Positions 18,407-28,429 of a stretch of DNA of 64,000 nucleotides are shown here, piece after piece. Positions within the stretch are counted from its first letter, which is position 1, and each line of letters begins with the position of its first letter. The translations under genes and the position numbers were made by a program. The notes below the pieces were generated by a model. That model ran no database searches. It worked only from the letters and a program-made list of their open reading frames with translations, and was not told the DNA's origin. Source of the stretch: Fusobacteriota bacterium (GTDB lineage: Bacteria; Fusobacteriota; Fusobacteriia; Fusobacteriales; JBNJFI01); the NCBI GenBank assembly GCA_051746725.1, contig JBNJFI010000002.1, forward strand, positions 2,460 through 66,459, given 5' to 3'.

Positions 18407-19723
18407 ATGATTAAAACAAAAAAGTATAATGGAGATATGAATTCAATCATGAATATAATTGATGGTCGATTCGTAATTGATGAAAAATATGAAAATCAGG
18501 TAAAGACTATTTTAAAAGATGTACGGACTAATAAAGAACAAGCTATAATAAAATATACCCAGAGATTTGATTCTGATACTTTTAAAAAAACTGATTTGAA
18601 AGTCACTAAAGAAGAAATAAAAAAAGCTTATGATTTAGTTGATAATGAATTTTTAGTAGCTATCAAAAAAGCTAAGGCTAATATTGAAAAATTTCATAAT
18701 AAACAGAAAAAAAATTCTTGGATGTCTTATGAAGAAAATGGTGCAACTTTAGGAATGAAAATTTCTCCAATTAATAGAGTTGGTTTATATGTTCCTGGTG
18801 GACAAGGAGGAAAAACTCCTCTTGTTTCGTCTGTGTTAATGAATGGAATACCAGCTAAGGTTGCTGGAGTAAAAGAGCTGGTTATTGCAACTCCACCTAA
18901 TTCAGATAACAAAGTCAACCCTTATCTTTTAGTTACTGCTGATCTTATTGGAATTTCGGATATATATAAAATGGGAAGTGCATGGGGAATAGGAGGATTA
19001 GCTTATGGACTATCAGAAGTTGAATTAAAACCTGTGGATAAAATAGTAGGTCCTGGAAATATTTATGTTACAGTTGCTAAAAAGCAATTATATGGAAAAG
19101 TTGATATTGATATGATTGCTGGACCAAGTGAAATATTAGTGATTGCAGATAAAAATTCAAACTCTAGATTTTTAGCAGCTGATCTTTTATCTCAGGCTGA
19201 ACATGATAAAATGGCAGCGTCAATATTAATTACTGATTCTCAAGAAATTGCAAAAAAGGTTCAAAAAGAAATCGAAATTCAATTAGAAAATTTAAATCGT
19301 AAAGAAATTGCAAAAGAAAGTATTGAAAATAATGGCTTAATTATTTTAGTAGATAATTTAGAAGATGGATTTAAAATTTCAAATGAAATTGCTCCAGAAC
19401 ATTTGGAATTAGAAATTGAAAATCCATTTGAATATATAAATAAAGTTAAAAATGCCGGAGCAATATTTTTAGGAAGTTATACTCCTGAACCAGTTGGAGA
19501 TTATTTTGCTGGTCCGAATCATGTATTACCTACTAATAAAACGGCAAAATTTTATTCACCACTTAATGTAGATGATTTTACTAAGAAAACTTCGATATTA
19601 AATTATCCTAAAGAGTTATTATTAAAAGAAGCAGATAATATAATAAAGATAGCTAATGTCGAAGGATTAGATGGACATGCTAACTCTATAAAAGTACGAA
19701 AAGAAGAAAATAATAAAAAATAG
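18407..19723 (+). CDS. hisD: histidinol dehydrogenase
   Basis: IAGPSEILVIAD, SQAEHD and GDYFAGPNHVLPT are HisD signatures. The ATG at 18407 follows GGAGGA; the track ORF begins at 18395. Confidence 0.85.
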   Translation: MIKTKKYNGDMNSIMNIIDGRFVIDEKYENQVKTILKDVRTNKEQAIIKYTQRFDSDTFKKTDLKVTKEEIKKAYDLVDNEFLVAIKKAKANIEKFHNKQKKNSWMSYEENGATLGMKISPINRVGLYVPGGQGGKTPLVSSVLMNGIPAKVAGVKELVIATPPNSDNKVNPYLLVTADLIGISDIYKMGSAWGIGGLAYGLSEVELKPVDKIVGPGNIYVTVAKKQLYGKVDIDMIAGPSEILVIADKNSNSRFLAADLLSQAEHDKMAASILITDSQEIAKKVQKEIEIQLENLNRKEIAKESIENNGLIILVDNLEDGFKISNEIAPEHLELEIENPFEYINKVKNAGAIFLGSYTPEPVGDYFAGPNHVLPTNKTAKFYSPLNVDDFTKKTSILNYPKELLLKEADNIIKIANVEGLDGHANSIKVRKEENNKK

Positions 19724-19732
19724 GAGGAAAAG

Positions 19733-20020
19733 ATGGCTTTAACAAAAGAAGAAGTATTAAAAATTGCTGAATTATCTCGACTTGAAATAAGTGATGATGA
19801 AGTTGAAAAATATCAAACCCAATTAAATGACATTTTAAGCTATGTGGAACAACTAAATGAGGTAGATACCGATGATGTTAAACCTTTATCACATGCAATT
19901 AATTTAAAAAATGTTTTAAGAAAAGATGTTGTGAAGGAATCAATAAATATCAATGATGCGATGAAAAATGCTCCTGAGCATGAAGGTGGAGCATTTATAG
20001 TACCAAAAGTTGTAAACTAA
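19733..20020 (+). CDS. gatC: Asp/Glu-tRNA(Asn/Gln) amidotransferase subunit C
   Basis: The protein is 95 aa and begins with IAELSRLEISDDEVEKY. It lies directly upstream of gatA. Confidence 0.9.
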   Translation: MALTKEEVLKIAELSRLEISDDEVEKYQTQLNDILSYVEQLNEVDTDDVKPLSHAINLKNVLRKDVVKESININDAMKNAPEHEGGAFIVPKVVN

Positions 20021-20035
20021 AATTAGGAGGTTAAG

Positions 20036-21493
20036 ATGAATTTAAATGAATTATCAGCTTATGAAATAAGAGAAAAAATAAAAAATAAGGAAATTAAAGT
20101 TTTTGATCTTATTTCTGAAATATTCACCAAAATTGAAAATACAGATGATGAAATAGGAAGTTTTGTTTATTTACGAAAAGAAAAAGCCCTTGAAGAAGCA
20201 AAACAGGTAGATAAGAAAATAGAAAATGGAAAACCTTTAAGAGAATTAGAAGGTATTCCAGTTGCATTGAAAGACAATATGGTTTCAAAAGGAGATCTTT
20301 CAACTTCTGGATCTAAAATTCTATATAATTATGAGGGAATTTATGACGGTACTGTTACTAAACGATTAAAAGATTCAGGTGCGATTATAATTGGAAAAAC
20401 TAATATGGACGAATTTGCCATGGGATCTTCTACAGAAACTTCATATGCAAAACAAACATCAAATCCATGGGATACTAATAGAATACCAGGAGGATCAAGT
20501 GGAGGAGCAGCAGCTTCAGTTGCAGCATCTCAATCTTTAATATCTTTAGGTTCTGATACAGGAGGAAGTATAAGACAACCAGCATCTTTATGTGGAGTTG
20601 TTGGATTAAAGCCGACATATGGACGAGTTTCGAGATATGGTTTAATGGCTTTTGCTTCTTCATTGGATCAAATTGGACCGATAACAAAAAATGTACAAGA
20701 TGCTGCTTTGACTATGAATACTATTGCAGGATATGATCCTAATGATTCTACTTCTGTGGATATTGAAACTCCTGATTATACAAAGGACCTAGATAAAGAT
20801 ATAAAGGGGATGAAAATAGGTGTTCCTAAAGAATATTTTGTAGATGGAATGGATAAAGGAGTCAAAAAAGTTATTCAAGATTCTATAGATAAATATAAAG
20901 AATTAGGGGCAGAAATAATAGACATTTCATTACCTCATACTAAATATGCTACGGAAACATATTATATCATTGCTCCTGCTGAAGCTAGTGCCAATTTATC
21001 ACGTTATGATGGAGTTAGATATGGATATCGATCTGAAAAGTTCAAAGATTTAATTGATATGTATGTTAAATCTAGAAGTGAAGGATTTGGACCAGAAGTT
21101 AAACGAAGAATAATGATAGGTACTTATGTTTTGAGTTCTGGATATTATGATGCATATTACAAAAAAGCTCAAAAAGTTAGATCTTTAATCAAAAAAGATT
21201 TTGATGATGCATTTGAAAAAGTAGATTTAATATTGACCCCTACTTCGCCTTCAGTAGCTTTTAAAAAAGGTGAAAAGACTGATGATCCAATAAAAATGTA
21301 TTTATCTGATATATTTACAATATCGGCAAACTTGGCTGGGATTCCTGGATTATCTATTCCTGCAGGATTATCTGATGGACTTCCTGTTGGAGTTCAACTT
21401 CTAGGAAAACCTTTTGATGAAAAAACTCTTTTAAATGCTGGTTATAAATTTGAGCAAAAAAGAGGAGACTTTAAACTACCGGAGGTTGATTAA
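20036..21493 (+). CDS. gatA: Asp/Glu-tRNA(Asn/Gln) amidotransferase subunit A
   Basis: The amidase signature GGSSGGAAASVAA...GSDTGGSIRQPA is present. Confidence 0.95.
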   Translation: MNLNELSAYEIREKIKNKEIKVFDLISEIFTKIENTDDEIGSFVYLRKEKALEEAKQVDKKIENGKPLRELEGIPVALKDNMVSKGDLSTSGSKILYNYEGIYDGTVTKRLKDSGAIIIGKTNMDEFAMGSSTETSYAKQTSNPWDTNRIPGGSSGGAAASVAASQSLISLGSDTGGSIRQPASLCGVVGLKPTYGRVSRYGLMAFASSLDQIGPITKNVQDAALTMNTIAGYDPNDSTSVDIETPDYTKDLDKDIKGMKIGVPKEYFVDGMDKGVKKVIQDSIDKYKELGAEIIDISLPHTKYATETYYIIAPAEASANLSRYDGVRYGYRSEKFKDLIDMYVKSRSEGFGPEVKRRIMIGTYVLSSGYYDAYYKKAQKVRSLIKKDFDDAFEKVDLILTPTSPSVAFKKGEKTDDPIKMYLSDIFTISANLAGIPGLSIPAGLSDGLPVGVQLLGKPFDEKTLLNAGYKFEQKRGDFKLPEVD

Positions 21494-21494
21494 A

Positions 21495-22052
21495 ATGGAA
21501 AATTTAATAACAGAAAAAATTGCTAGTAAAAAAAATATAAAATCATTTTCAATAGCTTTTGGAATAACTTTAATAATTCCTTGGGTTGTTCATGTTATGG
21601 GACTTTTTATGAATTTAAGTGACCCCACTTTTTTGGGAAAGACTTTTTTGCCAATGCACATAGGTGTTTTTATAGGTGCTATGATGTTTGGCCCTGTCAT
21701 AGGAGGATTAGTCGGACTATTAGCTCCTATTACAAGTATGGCCGTTACAGGAATGCCAATTGCTTCTCCTTTTCCTATGGTTCAGATAATGACCATTGAA
21801 TTAATGGTTTATGGTTTAGTAAGTGGATTTGTTTATCAAAAAAGCAAAAAAGAATATCTATCATTAGTTTTAGGTATGATTTCAGGTAGAGCTATTCTAT
21901 TTTTAATCTTATCAATGGGGTTAATTGGAATTAATAATCCAAATTTCTCATCATTTTCTTTTATCAAAGGTGGTATAGCAACAGGTGGAATAGGATTATT
22001 AATTCAATTAATTATGATACCTATAATTATAAAAAAAATAAATAAAAAATAA
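21495..22052 (+). CDS. integral membrane protein, ECF-transporter S-component-like
   Basis: The track ORF is 21435..22052. The in-frame ATG at 21495 lies just after the gatA stop. There are about 5-6 TM helices, with a Gly/Pro-rich LPMHIGVFIGAMMFGPVIGGLVG typical of ECF S components. The family call is tentative. Confidence 0.5.
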   Translation: MENLITEKIASKKNIKSFSIAFGITLIIPWVVHVMGLFMNLSDPTFLGKTFLPMHIGVFIGAMMFGPVIGGLVGLLAPITSMAVTGMPIASPFPMVQIMTIELMVYGLVSGFVYQKSKKEYLSLVLGMISGRAILFLILSMGLIGINNPNFSSFSFIKGGIATGGIGLLIQLIMIPIIIKKINKK

Positions 22053-22066
22053 CAGGAGGTTTATAT

Positions 22067-23509
22067 ATGGCTGTTGAATATGAAGCAGTAATAGGTTTAG
22101 AAGTGCATGTTCAATTACAAACTAAAACTAAAATATTTTGTGGATGTAGTACCGATTATGATGGTGCAGAACCTAACACTCATACATGTCCAATTTGTTT
22201 AGGACACCCAGGAGTTTTACCAAAATTAAATGAAAATGCATTCGAATTTGCAGTAAAAGGTGGATTGGCATTAAATTGTGATATAAATAGAAACAGTAAA
22301 TTTGATAGAAAAAATTATTTTTATCCTGATAATCCTAAAGCTTATCAGATAACACAATTTGATAAACCATATGCTGAAAATGGACACATAGACATAAAAT
22401 TAAATAGTGGCAGAGAAGCAAGAATTGGAGTTACTCGGATTCACATGGAAGAAGATGCTGGAAAATTAATTCATAGTTCCTTTGCAGATGAAAGTTACGT
22501 TAATCTAAATAGAGCTGGAGTACCTCTTATAGAAATAGTATCAGAGCCAGACATGAGAACGTCAGAGGAAGCTTATGCATATTTAAATAAATTAAAAACT
22601 GCTATAAAATATACTGGAATAAGTGATGTCAGTATGGAGAATGGTTCTCTAAGATGTGATGCTAATGTTTCAATTAGACCAAAAGGACAAAAAGAGTTTG
22701 GAACCAGAACTGAAACTAAAAACCTAAACTCTTTTAAAGCTGTAGCACGAGCTATTGATTATGAGATCGATAGACAAGCTGAAATTTTGGACTCTGGTGG
22801 TACTATAGACCAAGAAACTAGACTTTGGGATGATGATAAGGGAATTACACGAACTATGAGAAGCAAAGAAGAAGCTCATGATTATAGATATTTTCCTGAG
22901 CCTGATCTAGTTGAAATTGAATTATCAGAAGAAAAATTTGAAAAACTAAAATCTGAAATGCCTGAATTTCCAAAGGAAAAAGTTACAAGATTTATTAAAG
23001 AATATGAAATACCTGAATATGATGCCAATGTTTTGGCAGCAGAAAGAGAACTTGCAGATTATTATGAAGAAGTAGTTAAATCTTCTGAAGATGCTAAAAT
23101 TTCAAGTAACTGGGTTATGACTGAAGTTTTAAGAGTATTGAAAGATGAGCAGATAGATATTGATCAGTTTGCAATTTCTGGAAAAAGATTAGGAAAGATT
23201 ATTTCTCTAATAAATAAGGGAACAATAAGTAGTAAGATAGCTAAAAAGCTTTTTGATAAGATGTTATCTGATGATAGAGATCCAGAAATAATAGTAAAAG
23301 AAGAGGGAATGATACAGATTTCTGATACTGGAAAATTAGAAAGCATTGTAGATAAAGTATTAGAAGAAAATCCTCAGTCCGTATCTGATTATAAAGGTGG
23401 TAAGAAAAAAGCTAAGGGATTTTTAGTTGGACAAGTAATGAAAGAAACACGGGGTAAAGCTAATCCTCAAATGGTTAATAAGATGTTAGCTAAAAAATTA
23501 GAAAACTAA
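22067..23509 (+). CDS. gatB: Asp/Glu-tRNA(Asn/Gln) amidotransferase subunit B
   Basis: YEAVIGLEVHVQL, CPICLGHPGVLP and the C-terminal YqeY-like tail are typical of GatB. Confidence 0.95.
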   Translation: MAVEYEAVIGLEVHVQLQTKTKIFCGCSTDYDGAEPNTHTCPICLGHPGVLPKLNENAFEFAVKGGLALNCDINRNSKFDRKNYFYPDNPKAYQITQFDKPYAENGHIDIKLNSGREARIGVTRIHMEEDAGKLIHSSFADESYVNLNRAGVPLIEIVSEPDMRTSEEAYAYLNKLKTAIKYTGISDVSMENGSLRCDANVSIRPKGQKEFGTRTETKNLNSFKAVARAIDYEIDRQAEILDSGGTIDQETRLWDDDKGITRTMRSKEEAHDYRYFPEPDLVEIELSEEKFEKLKSEMPEFPKEKVTRFIKEYEIPEYDANVLAAERELADYYEEVVKSSEDAKISSNWVMTEVLRVLKDEQIDIDQFAISGKRLGKIISLINKGTISSKIAKKLFDKMLSDDRDPEIIVKEEGMIQISDTGKLESIVDKVLEENPQSVSDYKGGKKKAKGFLVGQVMKETRGKANPQMVNKMLAKKLEN

Positions 23510-23513
23510 TCAA

Positions 23514-23545
23514 AAAAGCACAGGATATTTCCTGTGCTTTTAAAT
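23514..23545 (+). terminator. intrinsic terminator after gatB
   Basis: The hairpin AAAGCACAGGA-tattt-CCTGTGCTTT is followed by a T-rich run. Confidence 0.7.
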
Positions 23546-23577
23546 AATCGTTTAAAAAATAAAGATAAGGAGAATTT

Positions 23578-24498
23578 ATGAAAAAAATATTTATTTTGTT
23601 TACTTTTTTAAATTTATTTAATTTTTCAAGTGCTTTGACTATATTGGCGCCAAAAGCTCCTCCAACACTTGCTTTATTGAAAGTTGCTAATGAAAATGAA
23701 GATATCAAAGTGCAGTTTTATACTAATGCTGCAACTGAAGTAATTCCTAAAATAATAAAAGACGAAGAATTTCTGTATATTCTTCCAACCAATGTTGCAT
23801 CTAAGCTTTATAATAAAGGAAAAAAACTTAAGTTATTAGGTATCACAAGTTTTGGAATAGTACATTTATTGTCAAATGATGAAAGTGTAGAAAGTATTTT
23901 TGATATCAATGAAAAATCTATTTATATTGGTGCACAGGGGTCCTCTCCAGATGTTATTTCCAGATATATTTTGGATAAAAATAATATAAAACCCAATATA
24001 AAATATAGAACATCTCAAGAAATAGCTAAGCTTTTAATTACTGGAAAAATAGAAAATGCTATACTTCCGGAACCACTGGCTAGTCTAGCAAACTTCAAGG
24101 GTAAAGACACTAAGAGAGTTAGCGATTTAACCCAAGAATGGATTAAAATTAATTCTAAATCAAGAGGAATTCCTCAAGTAGCTTTAGTAGGTAATCAAAA
24201 CTTCATAAATAATAATAATGATATAATTAAAAGATTGGAATCTCAATACAAAAAAGCTGTTGATTATATAAAGATCAATAATAACAAAGATTTAGAGGTT
24301 GCCAAAAAAGGTAAGAAAGATTTAGATTTAAATATACCTGATTCAGTTATGCAAAATTCTATAAAAAAAATGAATTTAGTTTATATTAAAGGGAATCAAT
24401 CCAAAAAAGAAATTTTAAATTATCTAGAAGAGCTTAAAGATATGGAACCAAATAGCATTGGAGGAAATTTACCTAATGAAGACTTCTTCATGGAATAA
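23578..24498 (+). CDS. ABC transporter substrate-binding protein (NMT1/THI5 or sulfonate/nitrate/taurine-like)
   Basis: It has a signal peptide and periplasmic-binding-like composition. It lies directly upstream of a NitT/TauT-type permease and ATPase. Confidence 0.6.
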   Translation: MKKIFILFTFLNLFNFSSALTILAPKAPPTLALLKVANENEDIKVQFYTNAATEVIPKIIKDEEFLYILPTNVASKLYNKGKKLKLLGITSFGIVHLLSNDESVESIFDINEKSIYIGAQGSSPDVISRYILDKNNIKPNIKYRTSQEIAKLLITGKIENAILPEPLASLANFKGKDTKRVSDLTQEWIKINSKSRGIPQVALVGNQNFINNNNDIIKRLESQYKKAVDYIKINNNKDLEVAKKGKKDLDLNIPDSVMQNSIKKMNLVYIKGNQSKKEILNYLEELKDMEPNSIGGNLPNEDFFME

Positions 24499-25213
24499 AA
24501 TCATATTATATTTAGTTATCTTGATGTTATGGGAGGGACTATCTTCTTTTACAGATCCTATAGTTCTGCCTTCTCCCATAATCGTAGCTAAAAAGCTAAT
24601 TTTTATTCTCATTGAATTTAACTCTTGGAAATTAATTGGAATTACATTACTTAGAACCTTTTTTGGAATTACAATTTCACTTACTCTAGGGATATTTTTA
24701 GGAATAGTTTCTGGAATATATAGAAAATTATCTGGATTAACATCAGTCTTAACATATATTCAATCTATACCTATCATATCGTGGTTATTATTAGCTTTAA
24801 TTTGGTTTGAAAATAGATATATTCCCACTATTATTATTATATTTTCAACTATGCCAATAATTGCTATTAATATTCATGAAGGAATATTAAATATAGATAA
24901 AAAAATACTTGAGATGGCTAGTATTTATAAAGTTAATAACAAAAAAGTTATTAAAGATATTTACGTACCATCAATTATTCCATATTTTTTTTCAAGTCTA
25001 AAGATAATTCTGGGACTCGCTTTAAAAGTTTCAGTTATGGCGGAGGTTATTGCAAAGGTTTCAAATGGAATTGGAGAAAGATTAAATTGGGCATGGTTAA
25101 ATATAAATATCGATAATATAATAGCTTGGACAATAATTATTGTAAGCGTAACTTTTTTGAATAAATATATAATTTTAAATATTTTTAATAAAAAATTGGA
25201 GAAATTTATATGA
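24476..25213 (+). CDS. ABC transporter permease (NitT/TauT family)
   Basis: It has six TM segments with an EAA-like loop (ILEMASIYKVNNKKVIKDIYVPSIIPY). The ATG at 24476 follows GGAGGA; the track ORF starts at 24458. Confidence 0.75.
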   Translation: MKTSSWNKIILYLVILMLWEGLSSFTDPIVLPSPIIVAKKLIFILIEFNSWKLIGITLLRTFFGITISLTLGIFLGIVSGIYRKLSGLTSVLTYIQSIPIISWLLLALIWFENRYIPTIIIIFSTMPIIAINIHEGILNIDKKILEMASIYKVNNKKVIKDIYVPSIIPYFFSSLKIILGLALKVSVMAEVIAKVSNGIGERLNWAWLNINIDNIIAWTIIIVSVTFLNKYIILNIFNKKLEKFI

Positions 25214-25911
25214 TAGACATAAAAAATCTTTATAAAAACTATGGAAATTTAACTGTCTTTAATAATTTTAATTTGAAAATCAAAAAAAATCAATTATCAG
25301 TTATATTAGGTCCTTCAGGAAGTGGAAAAACAACTTTATTAAATATTTTAGCAGGATTAGATAAAAACTTTGAAGGTAAAATTATATCAGATTATAAAAA
25401 TATTAGCTATGTATTTCAAGAAGACAGATTGCTCAATTGGAAAACTATTAGAGAAAACATAAATTTTGTTTTTAATGATAAAGCTTTAATTGAAAAATAT
25501 AAGCATATAGATAAAATTTTAAAAATACTAGAACTAGATAAAATTCAAAATAAGCTTGTAAAAAATTTAAGCGGTGGTGAAAGACAAAGGGTTTCTATTG
25601 CACGAGCCTTTGCGTATCCTTCTGATTTAATATTAATGGATGAACCATTTAAATCATTAGACATGTTTTTAAAAATAAAAATTTTTAAAAATTTTATCCA
25701 TCTTTTGGAAAATCAAAATAAGACTATATTATTGGTAACTCATGATATAAAAGAAGCTTTAATTTTAGGAGATGTTATTCACGTTTTCTCGTCTATAAAG
25801 AATAATGATTTTAAGAGTTTTGAGGTAAATATAGACAAAAAAGATAGAAAATTAGAAAACCAAAGTATTTTAAATTTAGAAAAGGAAATTTATAAATATT
25901 TAAAGATATAA
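25210..25911 (+). CDS. ABC transporter ATP-binding protein
   Basis: Motifs seen are Walker A GPSGSGKTT, the signature LSGGERQR and Walker B LILMDEP. A 4-nt overlap links it to the permease gene. Confidence 0.9.
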   Translation: MIDIKNLYKNYGNLTVFNNFNLKIKKNQLSVILGPSGSGKTTLLNILAGLDKNFEGKIISDYKNISYVFQEDRLLNWKTIRENINFVFNDKALIEKYKHIDKILKILELDKIQNKLVKNLSGGERQRVSIARAFAYPSDLILMDEPFKSLDMFLKIKIFKNFIHLLENQNKTILLVTHDIKEALILGDVIHVFSSIKNNDFKSFEVNIDKKDRKLENQSILNLEKEIYKYLKI

Positions 25912-25991
25912 TGATATATCTCGACAGTGAACTTTAATATTTTAAGTTTTTACTTAAAATTTATACTTATTTAAATCAAAAGGAGTAAAGA

Positions 25992-26840
25992 ATGATTAAG
26001 TTAGGAAAAAAACAAAAATTAGAAGTATCTCATCTAGTAGATTTTGGAGCATATTTAACTTCAAAGGAAGATGAGGAAGAAGAAGAAATATTATTACCTA
26101 AAAATCAAATGCCAGAAGATCTTAAAGAAGGAGATTTAATCGATGTTTTTATATATAAAGACTCAGAAGATCGATTAATAGCAACATGTAAAGAACCAGA
26201 AGCAGAAGTTGGAGATCTTGCTTGGCTTGAGGTAAAGGATAATACAGATATTGGGACTTTTTTATATTGGGGATTGGAAAAAGATCTTTTTGTACCATTT
26301 GAAGAACAAAATTTTGATATGAAAGAAGGTAATTATTACTTGGTATATGTTTATGTAGATGAATATACAGAGAGATTATGTGCAACCACTAGAATATATG
26401 ATTATCTTTCAAGTAATTCAGATTATAAAAAAAATGATATGGTAGACGGAACAGTTTATAAAGTCGTTCCAGAAATTGGTGCTTTTGTAGCAATCGACGA
26501 TAAATATTTTGGGTTAATTCCTAAGAATGAATATTTTAAAAATTTAAAAGGGGGACAAAAACTAAAAGATCTAAGGGTTATACGAGTAAGAGAAGATGGA
26601 AAATTAGATGTAACTTTAAGAAAGTTAAAACAAAACCAAATTGACATTGATGCTGACATGCTATATGAATATATGCAATCTAATGATGGTATATTAGAAC
26701 TACATGATAAAAGCTCACCTCATGATATAAGAAAAAAATTCAAAATAAGCAAAAATGCTTTTAAAAGAGCTGTAGGAAGATTATTAAAAGAAAGAAAAAT
26801 TACAAAGCTCGAAAAAGGATTTAAAATAACAGATAATTAA
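25992..26840 (+). CDS. S1-domain RNA-binding protein, CvfB/YitL family
   Basis: The protein is about 280 aa with repeated S1-like segments (VDFGAYL, DIGTFL, EIGAFVAI) and a C-terminal winged-helix-like tail. Confidence 0.6.
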   Translation: MIKLGKKQKLEVSHLVDFGAYLTSKEDEEEEEILLPKNQMPEDLKEGDLIDVFIYKDSEDRLIATCKEPEAEVGDLAWLEVKDNTDIGTFLYWGLEKDLFVPFEEQNFDMKEGNYYLVYVYVDEYTERLCATTRIYDYLSSNSDYKKNDMVDGTVYKVVPEIGAFVAIDDKYFGLIPKNEYFKNLKGGQKLKDLRVIRVREDGKLDVTLRKLKQNQIDIDADMLYEYMQSNDGILELHDKSSPHDIRKKFKISKNAFKRAVGRLLKERKITKLEKGFKITDN

Positions 26841-26860
26841 AATTAAAGGTAGGTGTAAGT

Positions 26861-28339
26861 ATGAAATACATTAGTACTCGTGGAAATATTGATCCTATAG
26901 AAGGATCTGAGGCAATAGTCTTAGGAATGGTTCCAGATGGAGGTCTTTTTATTCCTGAATCAATTCCAAAAGTATCTAGAAAAGAACTAAATCAAATGAA
27001 AAATTTTAGTTACCAAGATCTTACAAAAAAAATATTTGCTAAATTTCTTACAAATTTTAGTTCTGGTGAAATAGAAAAAGCTGTTCATGGAGCTTATAAT
27101 ACACAAAATTTCGATGATAAGGATTTAACTCCATTGAAAAAAATTAATGATGATTTATATATTATGGAGTTATGGCACGGACCAACTGCTGCCTTTAAAG
27201 ATATGGCCTTACAAATAATGCCTTATCTATTAAATATTTCAAAACAGAAAAATAGCAACTCAACTAAAACATTAATTTTAGTAGCAACCTCTGGAGATAC
27301 AGGGAAAGCAGCGTTAGAAGGATTTAAAAATTTAGAGGGTATAGAAATAATAGTTTTTTATCCCGAAGGAGGAGTAAGTAAGGTTCAAAATCTTCAAATG
27401 AATACTACAACAGGAGATAATACTTCAGTTATGTCTGTAGTGGGGAATTTTGATGATTGTCAAACCAGTGTCAAAAATATTTTTCAAGATAAGGAATTTA
27501 ATAAAAAAATCTCTAAATATGGATATAATTTATCGTCGGCAAATTCTATAAACTGGGGAAGATTATTACCACAAATTATCTATTATTTTAAAGGATACTA
27601 CGATCTTGTTCAGAAAAATGCTATTGAATATGGAGATAAGATAAACTTTTCTGTTCCAACTGGAAATTTTGGGGATATACTTGGGGGATATTATGCAAAA
27701 AAGATGGGCTTGCCGATAAATAAATTAGTTTGTGCATCAAACAAAAATAAAATTTTAACTGACTTTTTAAAAACTGGAATATATGACACTCAAAGAACCT
27801 TCCATAAAACAATGTCACCATCAATGGATATACTAGTATCATCAAATTTGGAAAGATTCTTATTTGAAATATCAGAACATAATTCTGATATGATAAAAAG
27901 ATTATATTCTGATTTAAAAAATACAGGAAAATTTGAAGTGAGCCAGGATATCTTAGAAAGAATACATAAAGTAATGGTTGGAGGCTTTACTGACGAAAAA
28001 GCAACTTTAGATACTATTAAATCTGAATATAATAAGTCTGCGTATTTATTAGATACTCATACTGCAGTAGCTGTAAATGTTGCTAAAAAATTAAAATCAT
28101 ATTTGGGAAATATCACGATTGTTAATTCAACTGCTAATCCTTATAAATTCAGTAAAAATGTCTTAAAAGCATTAGGCAAAAAAGAAGAAGATGGAATTGT
28201 AGCTGTCAAAAAATTAAATGAAATTACTAAAATGGACATTCATAGAGCAGTTAAAGGAATTGAAACAAAAAAGATTTTACATGAAAAAACAATTAAGCCT
28301 ACAGAAATAAAGAAAAGTATTATAGATATTCTAGAGTAA
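26861..28339 (+). CDS. thrC: threonine synthase (long form)
   Basis: MKYISTRG is at the N-terminus and the PLP lysine motif HGPTAAFKDMALQ is present. The length is 492 aa. Confidence 0.9.
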   Translation: MKYISTRGNIDPIEGSEAIVLGMVPDGGLFIPESIPKVSRKELNQMKNFSYQDLTKKIFAKFLTNFSSGEIEKAVHGAYNTQNFDDKDLTPLKKINDDLYIMELWHGPTAAFKDMALQIMPYLLNISKQKNSNSTKTLILVATSGDTGKAALEGFKNLEGIEIIVFYPEGGVSKVQNLQMNTTTGDNTSVMSVVGNFDDCQTSVKNIFQDKEFNKKISKYGYNLSSANSINWGRLLPQIIYYFKGYYDLVQKNAIEYGDKINFSVPTGNFGDILGGYYAKKMGLPINKLVCASNKNKILTDFLKTGIYDTQRTFHKTMSPSMDILVSSNLERFLFEISEHNSDMIKRLYSDLKNTGKFEVSQDILERIHKVMVGGFTDEKATLDTIKSEYNKSAYLLDTHTAVAVNVAKKLKSYLGNITIVNSTANPYKFSKNVLKALGKKEEDGIVAVKKLNEITKMDIHRAVKGIETKKILHEKTIKPTEIKKSIIDILE

Positions 28340-28350
28340 ACTTAGTAAAA

Positions 28351-28385
28351 ACACCGGAACTTGAGTATACTCAAGTTCCGGTGTT
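28351..28385. terminator. bidirectional intrinsic terminator at the convergence point
   Basis: The near-perfect 17-bp-arm palindrome ACACCGGAACTTGAGTA/TACTCAAGTTCCGGTGT has an A-run upstream and a T-run downstream. Confidence 0.8.
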
Positions 28386-28429
28386 TTATTATAAAATATA
28401 GGTAGATCGAAGTAAATAGAATTTTCTAA

